A stretch of DNA of 25,717 nucleotides from positions 1 to 25,717 of the forward strand of contig CBDDUX010000103.1 in assembly GCA_965234725.1 (NCBI GenBank), in the 5' to 3' direction. Shown here one piece after another: positions 1 to 8,900 of the stretch. The notes beneath the pieces are model-generated. The model saw only the letters and a list, made by a program, of their open reading frames with translations, ran no database searches and had not been told where the DNA came from. Made by a program: the position numbers and the translations under genes. The stretch's first letter is position 1. Every line of letters begins with the position of its first letter. The DNA is from Thermoplasmatota archaeon. GTDB lineage: Archaea > Thermoplasmatota > Penumbrarchaeia > Penumbrarchaeales > Penumbrarchaeaceae.

Positions 1-24
1 TATGGTTCTAAACCAAAATAGGAG

Positions 25-98
25 TGGACCGGTCGGGATTTGAACCCGAGGCCTCCTGATTGCAAATCAGGCGATCTACCGAGCTGATCTACCGGCCC
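25..98 (-). tRNA. tRNA-Ala (anticodon UGC), no intron, CCA not encoded
   Basis: Reverse complement GGGCCGGTAGATCAGCTCGGTAGATCGCCTGATTTGCAATCAGGAGGCCTCGGGTTCAAATCCCGACCGGTCCA folds as a cloverleaf. Acceptor GGGCCGG/CCGGTCC has the G3:U70 alanine identity pair. Anticodon arm is CCTGA-TTTGCAA-TCAGG and the T loop is TTCAAAT. Confidence 0.97.
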
Positions 99-128
99 TT
101 TGATTGGGTTAGGGACTATTGAAGTTGA

Positions 129-136
129 ATATTTAA
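129..136 (-). promoter_or_regulatory. Putative archaeal TATA box for tRNA-Ala
   Basis: TTAAATAT on the minus strand about 30 nt upstream of the tRNA 5' end. Confidence 0.5.
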
Positions 137-227
137 GATTTGGCCCATTGAATTATTTAAATGATAGAGGCCAGTTAAGGTATATCAAGAAATACAAAAG
201 GACCGTGATTACGGTGGGATCCACATC

Positions 228-833
228 ATGAACGGCTACAGAAAAGGTCTGATACTCGAATATTTTACCATGGTCTATAACCTTGCCGAGGCGGTCCTTT
301 CCATTTTTTTCGGATTCATTGCAGGATCCCCTGCTCTTGTTGGGTTCGGTCTTGATTCCATAGTTGAATCTCTATCTGGCGGGGTCCTGATTTGGAGACT
401 TCATCAACATGAGGGAATCTCCAAGGAGAAAGAGCAGAAGATCGAAAGAAGGGCCATCAGACTTGTATCAATCACATTCTTCATTCTGGCCCTTTGGATC
501 CTCTACGAATCGGCCGAGGTCCTTTACAACGGAGAGGCACCTGAGGTCTCTGTTCCCGGGATCGTAATTGCAACAGCTTCCATCATCTTCATGCCCACCA
601 TCTCTTTACTAAAGAAAAAGATCGGGAAGGAGATAGGATCGAGGGCATTGATCGCCGATGCCAAGGAGACAATGGTATGTGCGATCCTTTCGGTTGCCCT
701 TCTACTTGGTCTCGGACTGAATGCTCTTTTCGGATGGTGGTGGGCGGATCCCATTACAGGATTGTTCATAGTCGTCTTCCTTGTCAAGGAAGGTATCGAA
801 CAATGGAGAGAGGCAAATGAGGAGGAGGATTAG
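228..833 (+). CDS. Cation diffusion facilitator (cation efflux) family transporter, short form lacking the cytoplasmic C-terminal domain
   Basis: 201 aa with about 6 hydrophobic helices. Motifs YNLAE, S-x-AL-x-GFGLDS-x-x-E, SRALIADAKET and GWWWADP are typical of CTD-less CDF proteins. Confidence 0.85.
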   Translation: MNGYRKGLILEYFTMVYNLAEAVLSIFFGFIAGSPALVGFGLDSIVESLSGGVLIWRLHQHEGISKEKEQKIERRAIRLVSITFFILALWILYESAEVLYNGEAPEVSVPGIVIATASIIFMPTISLLKKKIGKEIGSRALIADAKETMVCAILSVALLLGLGLNALFGWWWADPITGLFIVVFLVKEGIEQWREANEEED

Positions 834-1300
834 GATCCCAATTCCGAAAGAGGACCTTCCAATTTTTCGATCAGTGTCTTGACCTCTTCAAGGGCCCCCA
901 ATGCTTTTTCCCTTGTTTCAAGGTCCAGGACCAGCTCCTCGAACTCATCCTCATCCAGAATTAAATAGGACTCATCCGGCCTCACCCAGAGGTCGATGGC
1001 AAGGTCCTCCCAATCGATTGTATCTGGTCCTATGACCGGAGGTTTTGCGATATTGATGTAGAAACCCTTGAGCTCGCCTTTTCCCGAAGCGATCCTGAAA
1101 ATATTGTACCATTTTTCATGGAAAAAGGTCTCGATCCATGTATCATCGGGTTCGAATAGGACATATCCAAGGTCCAGAGGTTCCCTGGACCATCCGGTAT
1201 CTATCGAAATATATTCTTCGGTGACCTCTCTGAGGGTCCCCTGGTACTCAATTTTGATACTACCGTCAGTCAGTATCTTTCTGATCCTGAAGGACCTCAT
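830..1300 (-). CDS. DUF402 (FomD-like) domain protein, putative nucleotide phosphohydrolase
   Basis: 156 aa with WYNIF...FYINIAKP...WEDLAIDLWV...LILDEDEF, the acidic metal-binding pattern of DUF402. Confidence 0.85.
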   Translation of the reverse strand: MRSFRIRKILTDGSIKIEYQGTLREVTEEYISIDTGWSREPLDLGYVLFEPDDTWIETFFHEKWYNIFRIASGKGELKGFYINIAKPPVIGPDTIDWEDLAIDLWVRPDESYLILDEDEFEELVLDLETREKALGALEEVKTLIEKLEGPLSELGS

Positions 1301-1458
1301 GGAATGAGAAAGGACCAGCCATTAGATTATCCATTTGGTGACAGGGTCCTTGAAATGTAATTTAACTCAAAGAATTTGCCTTGATCCTCTTACTTTTTAA
1401 AGGAGAACGATTAAATGGAAGTTGGATCCATACAATGATGCCGGAAGTGAACCATTAG

Positions 1459-2571
1459 ATGAAGAGATCGATAAATATTGGAATTGGTTTGATTACTTCA
1501 ATGTTAATTTTTCTGAATTTCTTCCTTCCTGATATTTCTGGAGAGGCAATACCATCGACAATTGAACAGGACCTGATCTCTGTGACCGACTATCAGCAAG
1601 TATACTATCAATATGACACCTTGGACCTCCGGGTCCTGCTGAATAATACTCTTCGAATGGAAGATGTCATAATTGTCACAAATTCGGATGCATGGGTGAA
1701 GGGAATACCTCCGATCTATGAACAGCTTCCATATTCTGAACAATTCTCGAGGGTTAACCTGATAGTCAGAAATGATCACTTCCTGGTCATGAATACTACA
1801 TTGAACGACCAGATGATATGGTATGATGGTAAAGGTATGATGGAAGATGTAACGATAACCCTAGCATTTCTCTGCTTCTATAACGGGACCGAAGACCTTG
1901 AGACAGCCACTGTCAACCTTATCGATGTTAACGATCGTCCCAGGATCGAGGACCCGATATCGATCCCAATTGAAAAAGTGAGAGTGGGTGAATCGATTTC
2001 CTTTTCAGCAGGAAAGGTCTCTGATCCAGACATGGACCATGTGGATCTCATTTGGGAATTGAAAGGTGAAACCGCCGCACATGGAAGCAGTTTAATAACC
2101 ACATTCACCGAACCAGGTATACACCCGATTACACTGATCGCCGATGATGGTGAACTAACAGATACAAGGACATCTGTAATCGAGGTGCTACCGGCGGAAG
2201 TGAAGAAGGATGATACAAAAGGATCGACAGATAACGTGACCCCTCTATCCGAGAAATCAGGAAGTGGTAATGGATCGAATCCTCAATTTTTCATTGTGAT
2301 CATCCTGATCCTCCTGATATTAATAGTGTTGTCACTTGGTTTGATACGGAAGATCAGATCAGGAGATAATAGCCTAGAAATGAAGGACCCTCCAAGAAAA
2401 CTATGGTCAATGAGTCCTATGAGGGGACCTTCCAGATATGAAAGGGCAGTCCTTAAAGGGAGACTCCTGGCCATTGAATTTGGAAGCCCCGGCAATATCG
2501 GAGAGGAAAAGGTCCTGGAGGAAGATCTGAAAAGGTGGGACCTTGATTGGGATTTCGATACCGGATTCTGA
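1459..2571 (+). CDS. Membrane-anchored PKD/Ig-like domain surface protein
   Basis: N-terminal hydrophobic signal, PKD-like segment (VNDRP...VGESISFSA...SDPDMD...LIW...F.EPGIHPITLIADDG), TM helix FFIVIILILLILIVLSLGLI followed by RKIR, and an acidic cytoplasmic tail. Confidence 0.8.
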   Translation: MKRSINIGIGLITSMLIFLNFFLPDISGEAIPSTIEQDLISVTDYQQVYYQYDTLDLRVLLNNTLRMEDVIIVTNSDAWVKGIPPIYEQLPYSEQFSRVNLIVRNDHFLVMNTTLNDQMIWYDGKGMMEDVTITLAFLCFYNGTEDLETATVNLIDVNDRPRIEDPISIPIEKVRVGESISFSAGKVSDPDMDHVDLIWELKGETAAHGSSLITTFTEPGIHPITLIADDGELTDTRTSVIEVLPAEVKKDDTKGSTDNVTPLSEKSGSGNGSNPQFFIVIILILLILIVLSLGLIRKIRSGDNSLEMKDPPRKLWSMSPMRGPSRYERAVLKGRLLAIEFGSPGNIGEEKVLEEDLKRWDLDWDFDTGF

Positions 2572-2668
2572 TCAAATGGATGAAGCCCCGATCCGATTTC
2601 TGATGTGTATAATTGGAATTTAACCCGCAGAAGGACCGAAAAAGCTTTGAGATTTGTAACCAATCCTC

Positions 2669-2684
2669 CGAAACGATTAATAAT
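2669..2684 (+). promoter_or_regulatory. Putative BRE + TATA promoter of the flavoprotein gene
   Basis: CGAAACGA followed by TTAATAAT. The same ATTAATAATGT 11-mer recurs at 4068-4078 in front of the next gene. Confidence 0.45.
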
Positions 2685-2804
2685 GTGAATCAATTCCATA
2701 GCCTTGGATCAAATATTTCATCCATGGAGATGATTGGACCTCCTGGACCATAGGTGTGTGATTGAATTTTTGGAAACTGTCAGGGAAATATCGGGGTTTT
2801 TTAA

Positions 2805-3920
2805 ATGAACTTTAAAAAGATCCCGGAACTCGTTATGGATGACCTAAGGGCCCGTGTCCCCATTATCCAAGGTGGAATGAGCGTTGGAATTTCCCTGTCA
2901 GTATTGGCATCTGCCGTTGCAAATGCGGGTGGGATCGGAGTTATTGGGACAGCAGGTATCGGGGCCGATGAACCTGACCTGAGGACCAATTACGGTGAAG
3001 CAAATATCAGAGCCCTAAAAAAAGAGGTCAGAAAGGCCAGAAAGATGTCGGACGGTGTCATCGGCGTCAATATCATGATGGCACTTTCAAATTATGATGT
3101 CTTGATCAATACGGCGATCGAAGAGAAGGTCGATGTGATATTCATCGGTGCAGGGTTACTACTTAGATTGCCGGATACGATTGACATCGAGAACATTAAA
3201 AGATCGAAGACCAAGATCGTCCCTATAATATCCAACGCCAAAGGCGCAACTATAATGTTCAATTACTGGGCCAAGAACTATGATCATGTTCCGGACGGAG
3301 TCGTTGTGGAAGGACCGATGGCAGGCGGCCATCTTGGTTTCCATAAAGAGGAACTCGAAAAAGAAGAGAATCTGCTCGAACGCATAATTCCTTCTGTAAT
3401 AGAAGCGATTATCCCTTTCAGGGAAAGGTACCACAAGGACATACCGGTCATCGCAGCAGGCGGGATATACACAGGAGAGGACATCTACAGGTTCATTGAA
3501 ATGGGAGCTTCTGGTGTTCAAATGGCAACAAGGTTCGTTGCCACCCACGAATGTGACGCCTCCATCATTTTCAAGGATTCATACATCAACTGCAAGGAAG
3601 ATGATGTAGTGATCATCCAGAGTCCTGTTGGAATGCCTGGAAGGGCCATCAGGAACAAATTCCTTGAAGATGTCTCCGAAGGGGACAAGAAGCCCTTCAT
3701 CTGCTCCTGGAAATGTCTCAGGACCTGTGACTTCAAAGAAGCCCCGTACTGCATCGCCGAGGCACTCAGTAATGCAAAGGACGGCAATATGGAGAGTGGT
3801 TTTGCCTTTGCGGGGAAGAATGTGTACAGGGTGAACAAGCTGGTCCATGTCAAGGAACTAATAGAAGAACTGATACGAGAATACGAAGCCATTGCGAATG
3901 GGAATCCCAGTATATCCTAA
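2805..3920 (+). CDS. Nitronate monooxygenase / FabK-FabX-like FMN-dependent oxidoreductase with a C-terminal Cys cluster
   Basis: 371 aa. Motifs PIIQGGM.VGIS, VVEGP.AGGHLG, IAAGGI, GVQMATRF and SPVGMPGRAI, plus CSWKCLRTC-x6-YC (CxxxCxxxC...C). Confidence 0.9.
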   Translation: MNFKKIPELVMDDLRARVPIIQGGMSVGISLSVLASAVANAGGIGVIGTAGIGADEPDLRTNYGEANIRALKKEVRKARKMSDGVIGVNIMMALSNYDVLINTAIEEKVDVIFIGAGLLLRLPDTIDIENIKRSKTKIVPIISNAKGATIMFNYWAKNYDHVPDGVVVEGPMAGGHLGFHKEELEKEENLLERIIPSVIEAIIPFRERYHKDIPVIAAGGIYTGEDIYRFIEMGASGVQMATRFVATHECDASIIFKDSYINCKEDDVVIIQSPVGMPGRAIRNKFLEDVSEGDKKPFICSWKCLRTCDFKEAPYCIAEALSNAKDGNMESGFAFAGKNVYRVNKLVHVKELIEELIREYEAIANGNPSIS

Positions 3921-3943
3921 GGTCCTATTTCGTATTGATTTCT

Positions 3944-3959
3944 TGATACAGTTGTATCA
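3944..3959. promoter_or_regulatory. Palindromic putative operator TGATACA-GT-TGTATCA
   Basis: Perfect 7-bp inverted repeat with a 2-nt spacer in an intergenic region. A near copy lies at 5805-5820. Confidence 0.5.
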
Positions 3960-4108
3960 TATTTTCAAACAGCTAATAGTAATTCCTAATTAATTGAGTA
4001 GAGATGAGGATCTTTATTAGATGTCAATGATCGAATGACTCAAAGCTAACACGGGGGAAGATAATCCATTAATAATGTTAACCTTGATAAATTCATCAAG
4101 GTGGGTGA

Positions 4109-5158
4109 ATGAGAAGAGAAATCGCAATCTCGGTACTTCTTATTATTGGATCGATTTCAATTATTTTCACTGGAGGTTCGGAAGGAACTGAGGAGTCTAC
4201 CGAGGATAGAATTTCGATCAGTTCCGACTGGGAAGGTCCTCCGTTGATCCGGGACAGGGATGGAGAAATTGAATTCAATCTGACAGGACCCGAGGGGATG
4301 TTCAATGATAGTATCGGCAAAATCTATTCGATCATGATCTTCAATGAATACATCAATGGATGGCAGTCCTTCATTGATATGGATTTCTTCAACCTTAATA
4401 TAATCAGAATAGAGGACCGGTGGATAGCATCTGTAGAGGTCCAAAAATTTGTAGGTGGAAATTGCATTATAACACTTAAAGTGGAAAATTCAACCATGGC
4501 CGATGAGGTCCTCCTTGAGATCAACGTTACAGTTGAAAACAGCCCTCCGGAAAAACCTGATAGATTCTACATTTACCCCGATCCGTCAAGAGATTTGAAT
4601 GTGGGCGATGAGATCGAGTTCTTCGTTTCCAGTGTAAAGGATCCTGACAATGATAAATTGACCTACTTCTGGGACTTCGGTGATGGAGCCACCACTACTG
4701 GCATGAACGTTACCCACACATATTCAAAGAAAGGATTCAAGAGTGTTTCGATGTGGGTCAGTGATGGTGATTTCGAGACGGAAAAGATCTATCAAAGGAT
4801 CGAGATCCTTGATGAACATCCATATATCAATGACAGGGATTATGATTATGTGGAGGATTCACTGGATGCGTTTCCCGATGACTGGGCCGCAAGTGTCGAT
4901 ACCGATGGAGACGGATATCCCAATCGCTGGAACGATAGAAGGGACATGGATGATTCCAGGACCGGGTTGAAACTGGATAACTATCCCGAGGACCCTGAAA
5001 GGAACGGGTATGAAGAGAAGGGGGACTTGGGAGAAAAGATCATCATGATCCTGATATTATGTTCACTCGTTGTCATTGCATTGCTTATTGCTACAATGAT
5101 AGCTGTAATCCTTAAAGATAAATTTCATTATAAAGATCTCCAAAAAAATGACGCCTAA
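4109..5158 (+). CDS. Membrane-anchored PKD domain protein with thrombospondin type 3-like Ca-binding repeats
   Basis: Signal peptide, clear PKD motif (DPDNDKLTYFWDFGDGATTTGMNVTHTYSKKG), DAFPDDWAASVDTDGDGYP...LDNYPEDP and a C-terminal TM helix. TTAATAAT at 4069-4076 and an SD-like GGTG precede the ATG. Confidence 0.85.
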   Translation: MRREIAISVLLIIGSISIIFTGGSEGTEESTEDRISISSDWEGPPLIRDRDGEIEFNLTGPEGMFNDSIGKIYSIMIFNEYINGWQSFIDMDFFNLNIIRIEDRWIASVEVQKFVGGNCIITLKVENSTMADEVLLEINVTVENSPPEKPDRFYIYPDPSRDLNVGDEIEFFVSSVKDPDNDKLTYFWDFGDGATTTGMNVTHTYSKKGFKSVSMWVSDGDFETEKIYQRIEILDEHPYINDRDYDYVEDSLDAFPDDWAASVDTDGDGYPNRWNDRRDMDDSRTGLKLDNYPEDPERNGYEEKGDLGEKIIMILILCSLVVIALLIATMIAVILKDKFHYKDLQKNDA

Positions 5159-5601
5159 TCTCCCTTCAACCTTTCAACTCTTTTTTTCAATGCTTCATTG
5201 AATTCTACAAATCCAGCTCTGGTATCAGTGTTCAAACCCTTCCAGAGGAAAGGAACAAGGAGCCCGGTGAACTTCTCACCCTGAATGAACCTTGTTTCAC
5301 AATTCCCGATCGGTTCCATTTTTAAATAATGTTCACCATTGAAAAGGAAGTTCACTCCTCCAAAATGTCCCAGCCATCTGAATTCCCTTCCAGGATCGTT
5401 GACAAGGACCTCAGGTTCGATATCCATTTCCTGACCTTTGGGTGTTTTTAGATGTAATTTCATCTTTTCACCCTTCTTCATAGAACCTTCTATCCTTTGG
5501 ATGAAAGTGCTCCATCTGGGATAATTCCGTAGATCTGAAAATATTTTCCAGATATCCTCAGGAGAGGCATTTATAATGATATCTGTTCTCAATTCCTTCA
5601 T
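5155..5601 (-). CDS. SRPBCC (polyketide cyclase/dehydrase-like) domain protein
   Basis: MKELRTDIIINASPEDIWKIFSDL..YP.W..FI, EFRWLGH, GEHYL, TRFIQGEKFTGLLVP and FNEALKKRVE. The ATG at 5601 is preferred over the TTG at 5625 because the domain starts there. Confidence 0.9.
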   Translation of the reverse strand: MKELRTDIIINASPEDIWKIFSDLRNYPRWSTFIQRIEGSMKKGEKMKLHLKTPKGQEMDIEPEVLVNDPGREFRWLGHFGGVNFLFNGEHYLKMEPIGNCETRFIQGEKFTGLLVPFLWKGLNTDTRAGFVEFNEALKKRVERLKGD

Positions 5602-5804
5602 TTTATCACATGGAAAAAAGGACAAATGAATAGATATCTTAAATCCCTAAATAGATGTGAAAAATAATAAATGTACATAAAAAAAAGAAAGGGGTTTCAT
5701 TCCGACCTATCTCGTAACTACCTTTTGTTAATTTATATCGAATATGAAGCTCCATAGAAAGGGAAGCCCAGTTTACTTTGAGGTTTGTTTAGGTGTTTAT
5801 TTTT

Positions 5805-5820
5805 TGATACAATTGTAACG
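5805..5820. promoter_or_regulatory. Second copy of the putative operator, TGATACA-AT-TGTAACG
   Basis: 5799-5830 matches 3938-3969 at 25 of 32 positions, and the TACA-N2-TGTA core is intact. Confidence 0.45.
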
Positions 5821-5963
5821 ATATTTCAAAATTTCAATGATTACCCGAGGGGGTTTTACATTGATTTCTTTCCCCTTAGTTGTCGTCCGATCATAAATCT
5901 TCCTTTCCAAATCCGAACATATTTTAATAGAAGTATAGCATTATTTCATATTGGGATGGATAT

Positions 5964-8900
5964 ATGGAGGAGACATTTGGAAGGCTCAAATGCTATCTGA
6001 TATGTGGATTGCTTCTTCTTCTCATTATTGGAAATGTTATATCCATAAATGTTGAGAGTCACGAAAATGGACCGACCGATGTTATCGATGATACCCTGAA
6101 AGACTCTATGAAAGAGAAAGAGATAGCATTGTCAAGTAGTTACTTCATACAGAATAAGGGACAGATTGAATCCAAAGAAATACAATTCTATTCGAGGGGA
6201 GGTAACATCTTCTTCACCCCAGATGGTGTTCTCTATCGGTTCAGTGAAATGGAACTTATCGATGAAGATGGATCGGGCCATGACCCTTTAAATGGATATA
6301 TGAAGGAAACAGCGAGCGGATATCACGAATGGGGAGTGGTCCTGAAGTATTCCTTCATCGGATCGAACAATGTTTTCCCTGAAGGCAGGGATCAATGCAC
6401 CTGGAACACGAATTATTTCAAGGGGAGCGATCCAGAGAAATGGTACACAGAGGTTCCAAATTTCAAGGAGATAATGTATTCAGATCTATGGGATGGGATC
6501 GATCTTGTCTACCGGCTTAAGGAAGGATCGATCAAATACGATCTAATAATTCATCCAGGTGCGGATCCATCCGATATTCGGATCCATATAGATGGCGCGA
6601 ATGGTCTTTCAATAAATCTGCAAGATGATCTTGTCATTGGAACGGATTATTGGGATATCATTGATAGTGGATTGATTTCGCATTATGGGGATGGACTAGG
6701 TGAGCTGATTCCGTGCAGATTCGAACTATTGAATGAATGCGAATATAAAGTTAGTCTGGGAACATTTGATAGGAGTAGAAATGTAGTGATCGATCCAATT
6801 ATTAACTATTCGACTTTCATTGGAGGTCCGAGTTTAGAATATGGATATGGTATAGCGATCGATACCAGCGGGAACGCATACATAACTGGATATACATTAG
6901 ATGGAACAACAGATTACCCGACTACACCCGGAGCATTTAATATGACGCATAATGGAGGTTCTGATTTATTCGTGACCAAGCTGAACTCTGCCGGTTCGTC
7001 ATTGGTATATTCGACATTTATCGGCGGATCAACTGCTGATTACGGACGTAGTATCGCAATCGATACAAGTGGGAACGCTTACATTACTGGAAATACCGAA
7101 GATGGAGAAATCGATTACCCGACCACACTGGGAGCGTATGACACAACACATAATGGAGGTAGTGATGTGTTCATTACCAAGCTGAATCCTTCTGGTTCAT
7201 CTTTAGTGTATTCCACATTCATCGGCGGACCAACCGATGAAAGAGGGTATGGTATCGCGATCGATTCTTCTGGGGATGCTTATGTTACTGGAAATACTTA
7301 CGATACCTGGGGTTATCCAACCCATTTCCCGACAACACTTGTAGCGTATGATACGACACATAATGGAGATTATGATGTATTCGTCACAAAGTTGAACTCA
7401 ACTGGTTCGTCATTGGTGTATTCTACATTTATCGGCGGTTCAAGTAGAGAATCTGGGCGAGGTATTGTGATTGATACCAATGAGAATGCATACATTACTG
7501 GTTATACATTAGATGGAACAACAGGTTACCCGACTACAGCCGGAGCGTTTAATACGACACATAATGGAGGTTCTGATGTATTCGTTACCAAGTTGAACTC
7601 TGCTGGTTCATCGTTGGTGTATTCCACATTCATCGGCGGATCGACTGATGATTCCGGGAATGGTATCGCAATTGATACCAGTGAGAACGCTTACATTACT
7701 GGAAATACTGAAGATGGAGAAATCGATTTCCCAACCACACTGGGAGCGTATGACACAACACATAATGGAAGAAATGATGTATTCGTTACCAAGTTGAACT
7801 CTACCGGTTCATCGTTGGGGTATTCAACGTTAATTGGTGGATCGGACTATGATTATGGATATGGTATCGCGATTGATCCCAGTGGGAACGCATACATTAC
7901 CGGTTATACCGGTGATGGACAACCCAATTTCCCGACAACAATCGGAGCTTATGAGACAGAGCATAATGGATATTTTGATGTGTTCGTGACTAGGTTGAAC
8001 TCTATTGGTTCTTCTTTAGTGTATTCAACATTCATTGGTAGTCCGAGTGGAGATTATGGATATAACATCGCAATTGATACCAGCGGGAATGGATACATAA
8101 CTGGAAGTACTATGGAGGGAACAAACGGTTACCCAACCACCTTGGGAGCATATGACACTAAGCATAATGGAAGATATGATGTGTTCGTGAGTAAAATCGA
8201 TCTCACCGGATTACCGGGGATACCTCAGAACCTTTCGGCAGTTGTCGGCGACTCCTTCGTAGAGCTCTCTTGGAATCCCCCTGAAGAAGATGGAGGAGCC
8301 CCAATTATTGAATATGAGATCTACAGAAGGAATAAAACCGGATTGCTTTCAAGTATAGCTTTCACGGGAGAGAACACTACCTTCAATGATACTTCAGTGG
8401 TAAACGGAAATCGGTACTACTACGCGATCCTCGCACACAACAGAGTTGGGCCTGGCAAACTCTCAAACGAGGTATTTGTGATACCAGTTACTATCCCCAC
8501 CCCGCCCAGGAATGTTGATGCCCAGTACGGGAATAATTATGTGAACCTGACCTGGATCTCACCTGAGAACGATGGTGGCACAATGCTGACAGGGTTCAGA
8601 TTGCACAAGTTCGAGGGTGGGTCCTCCGATCCAGAGATCTTCAATATAGATCCATATGTGAATACCTACACAGACGAGGAGGTTGACAATGGGATCAATT
8701 ACCGATATTACCTAACTGCTTTCAATACTGTAGGTGAGTCTCCTCCATCCATAGAGGTGAACGCCACACCCAAGAGCAGACCTTCATCCGTTTTGAATTT
8801 TCAGATTTCATCCGGACCGGGATTTATTATTCTCCATTGGAGTCCTCCCGAATATAACGGGGGTAGTCCTGTTACCAATTACACGATATTCCGAGCGGTA

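Noticed and set aside
2725..2770. GGAGATG...CTCC as a fluoride riboswitch
   Set aside because: Loop length and the downstream pseudoknot elements do not fit the consensus, and the downstream gene is not fluoride-related.
5630..6000. Short ORFs and a minus-strand T-tract in the SRPBCC/SBBP spacer, including track ORF 5785-6000
   Set aside because: They are short, AT-rich, overlap promoter elements and have no SD. The T-tract could be a terminator, but no upstream transcript can be defined.
6807..8204. SBBP repeats as a diversity-generating retroelement TR/VR pair or a CRISPR array
   Set aside because: Differences between the closest copies are not adenine-specific, no reverse transcriptase is present, and the units are in-frame coding repeats of about 201 nt with no repeat-spacer pattern.
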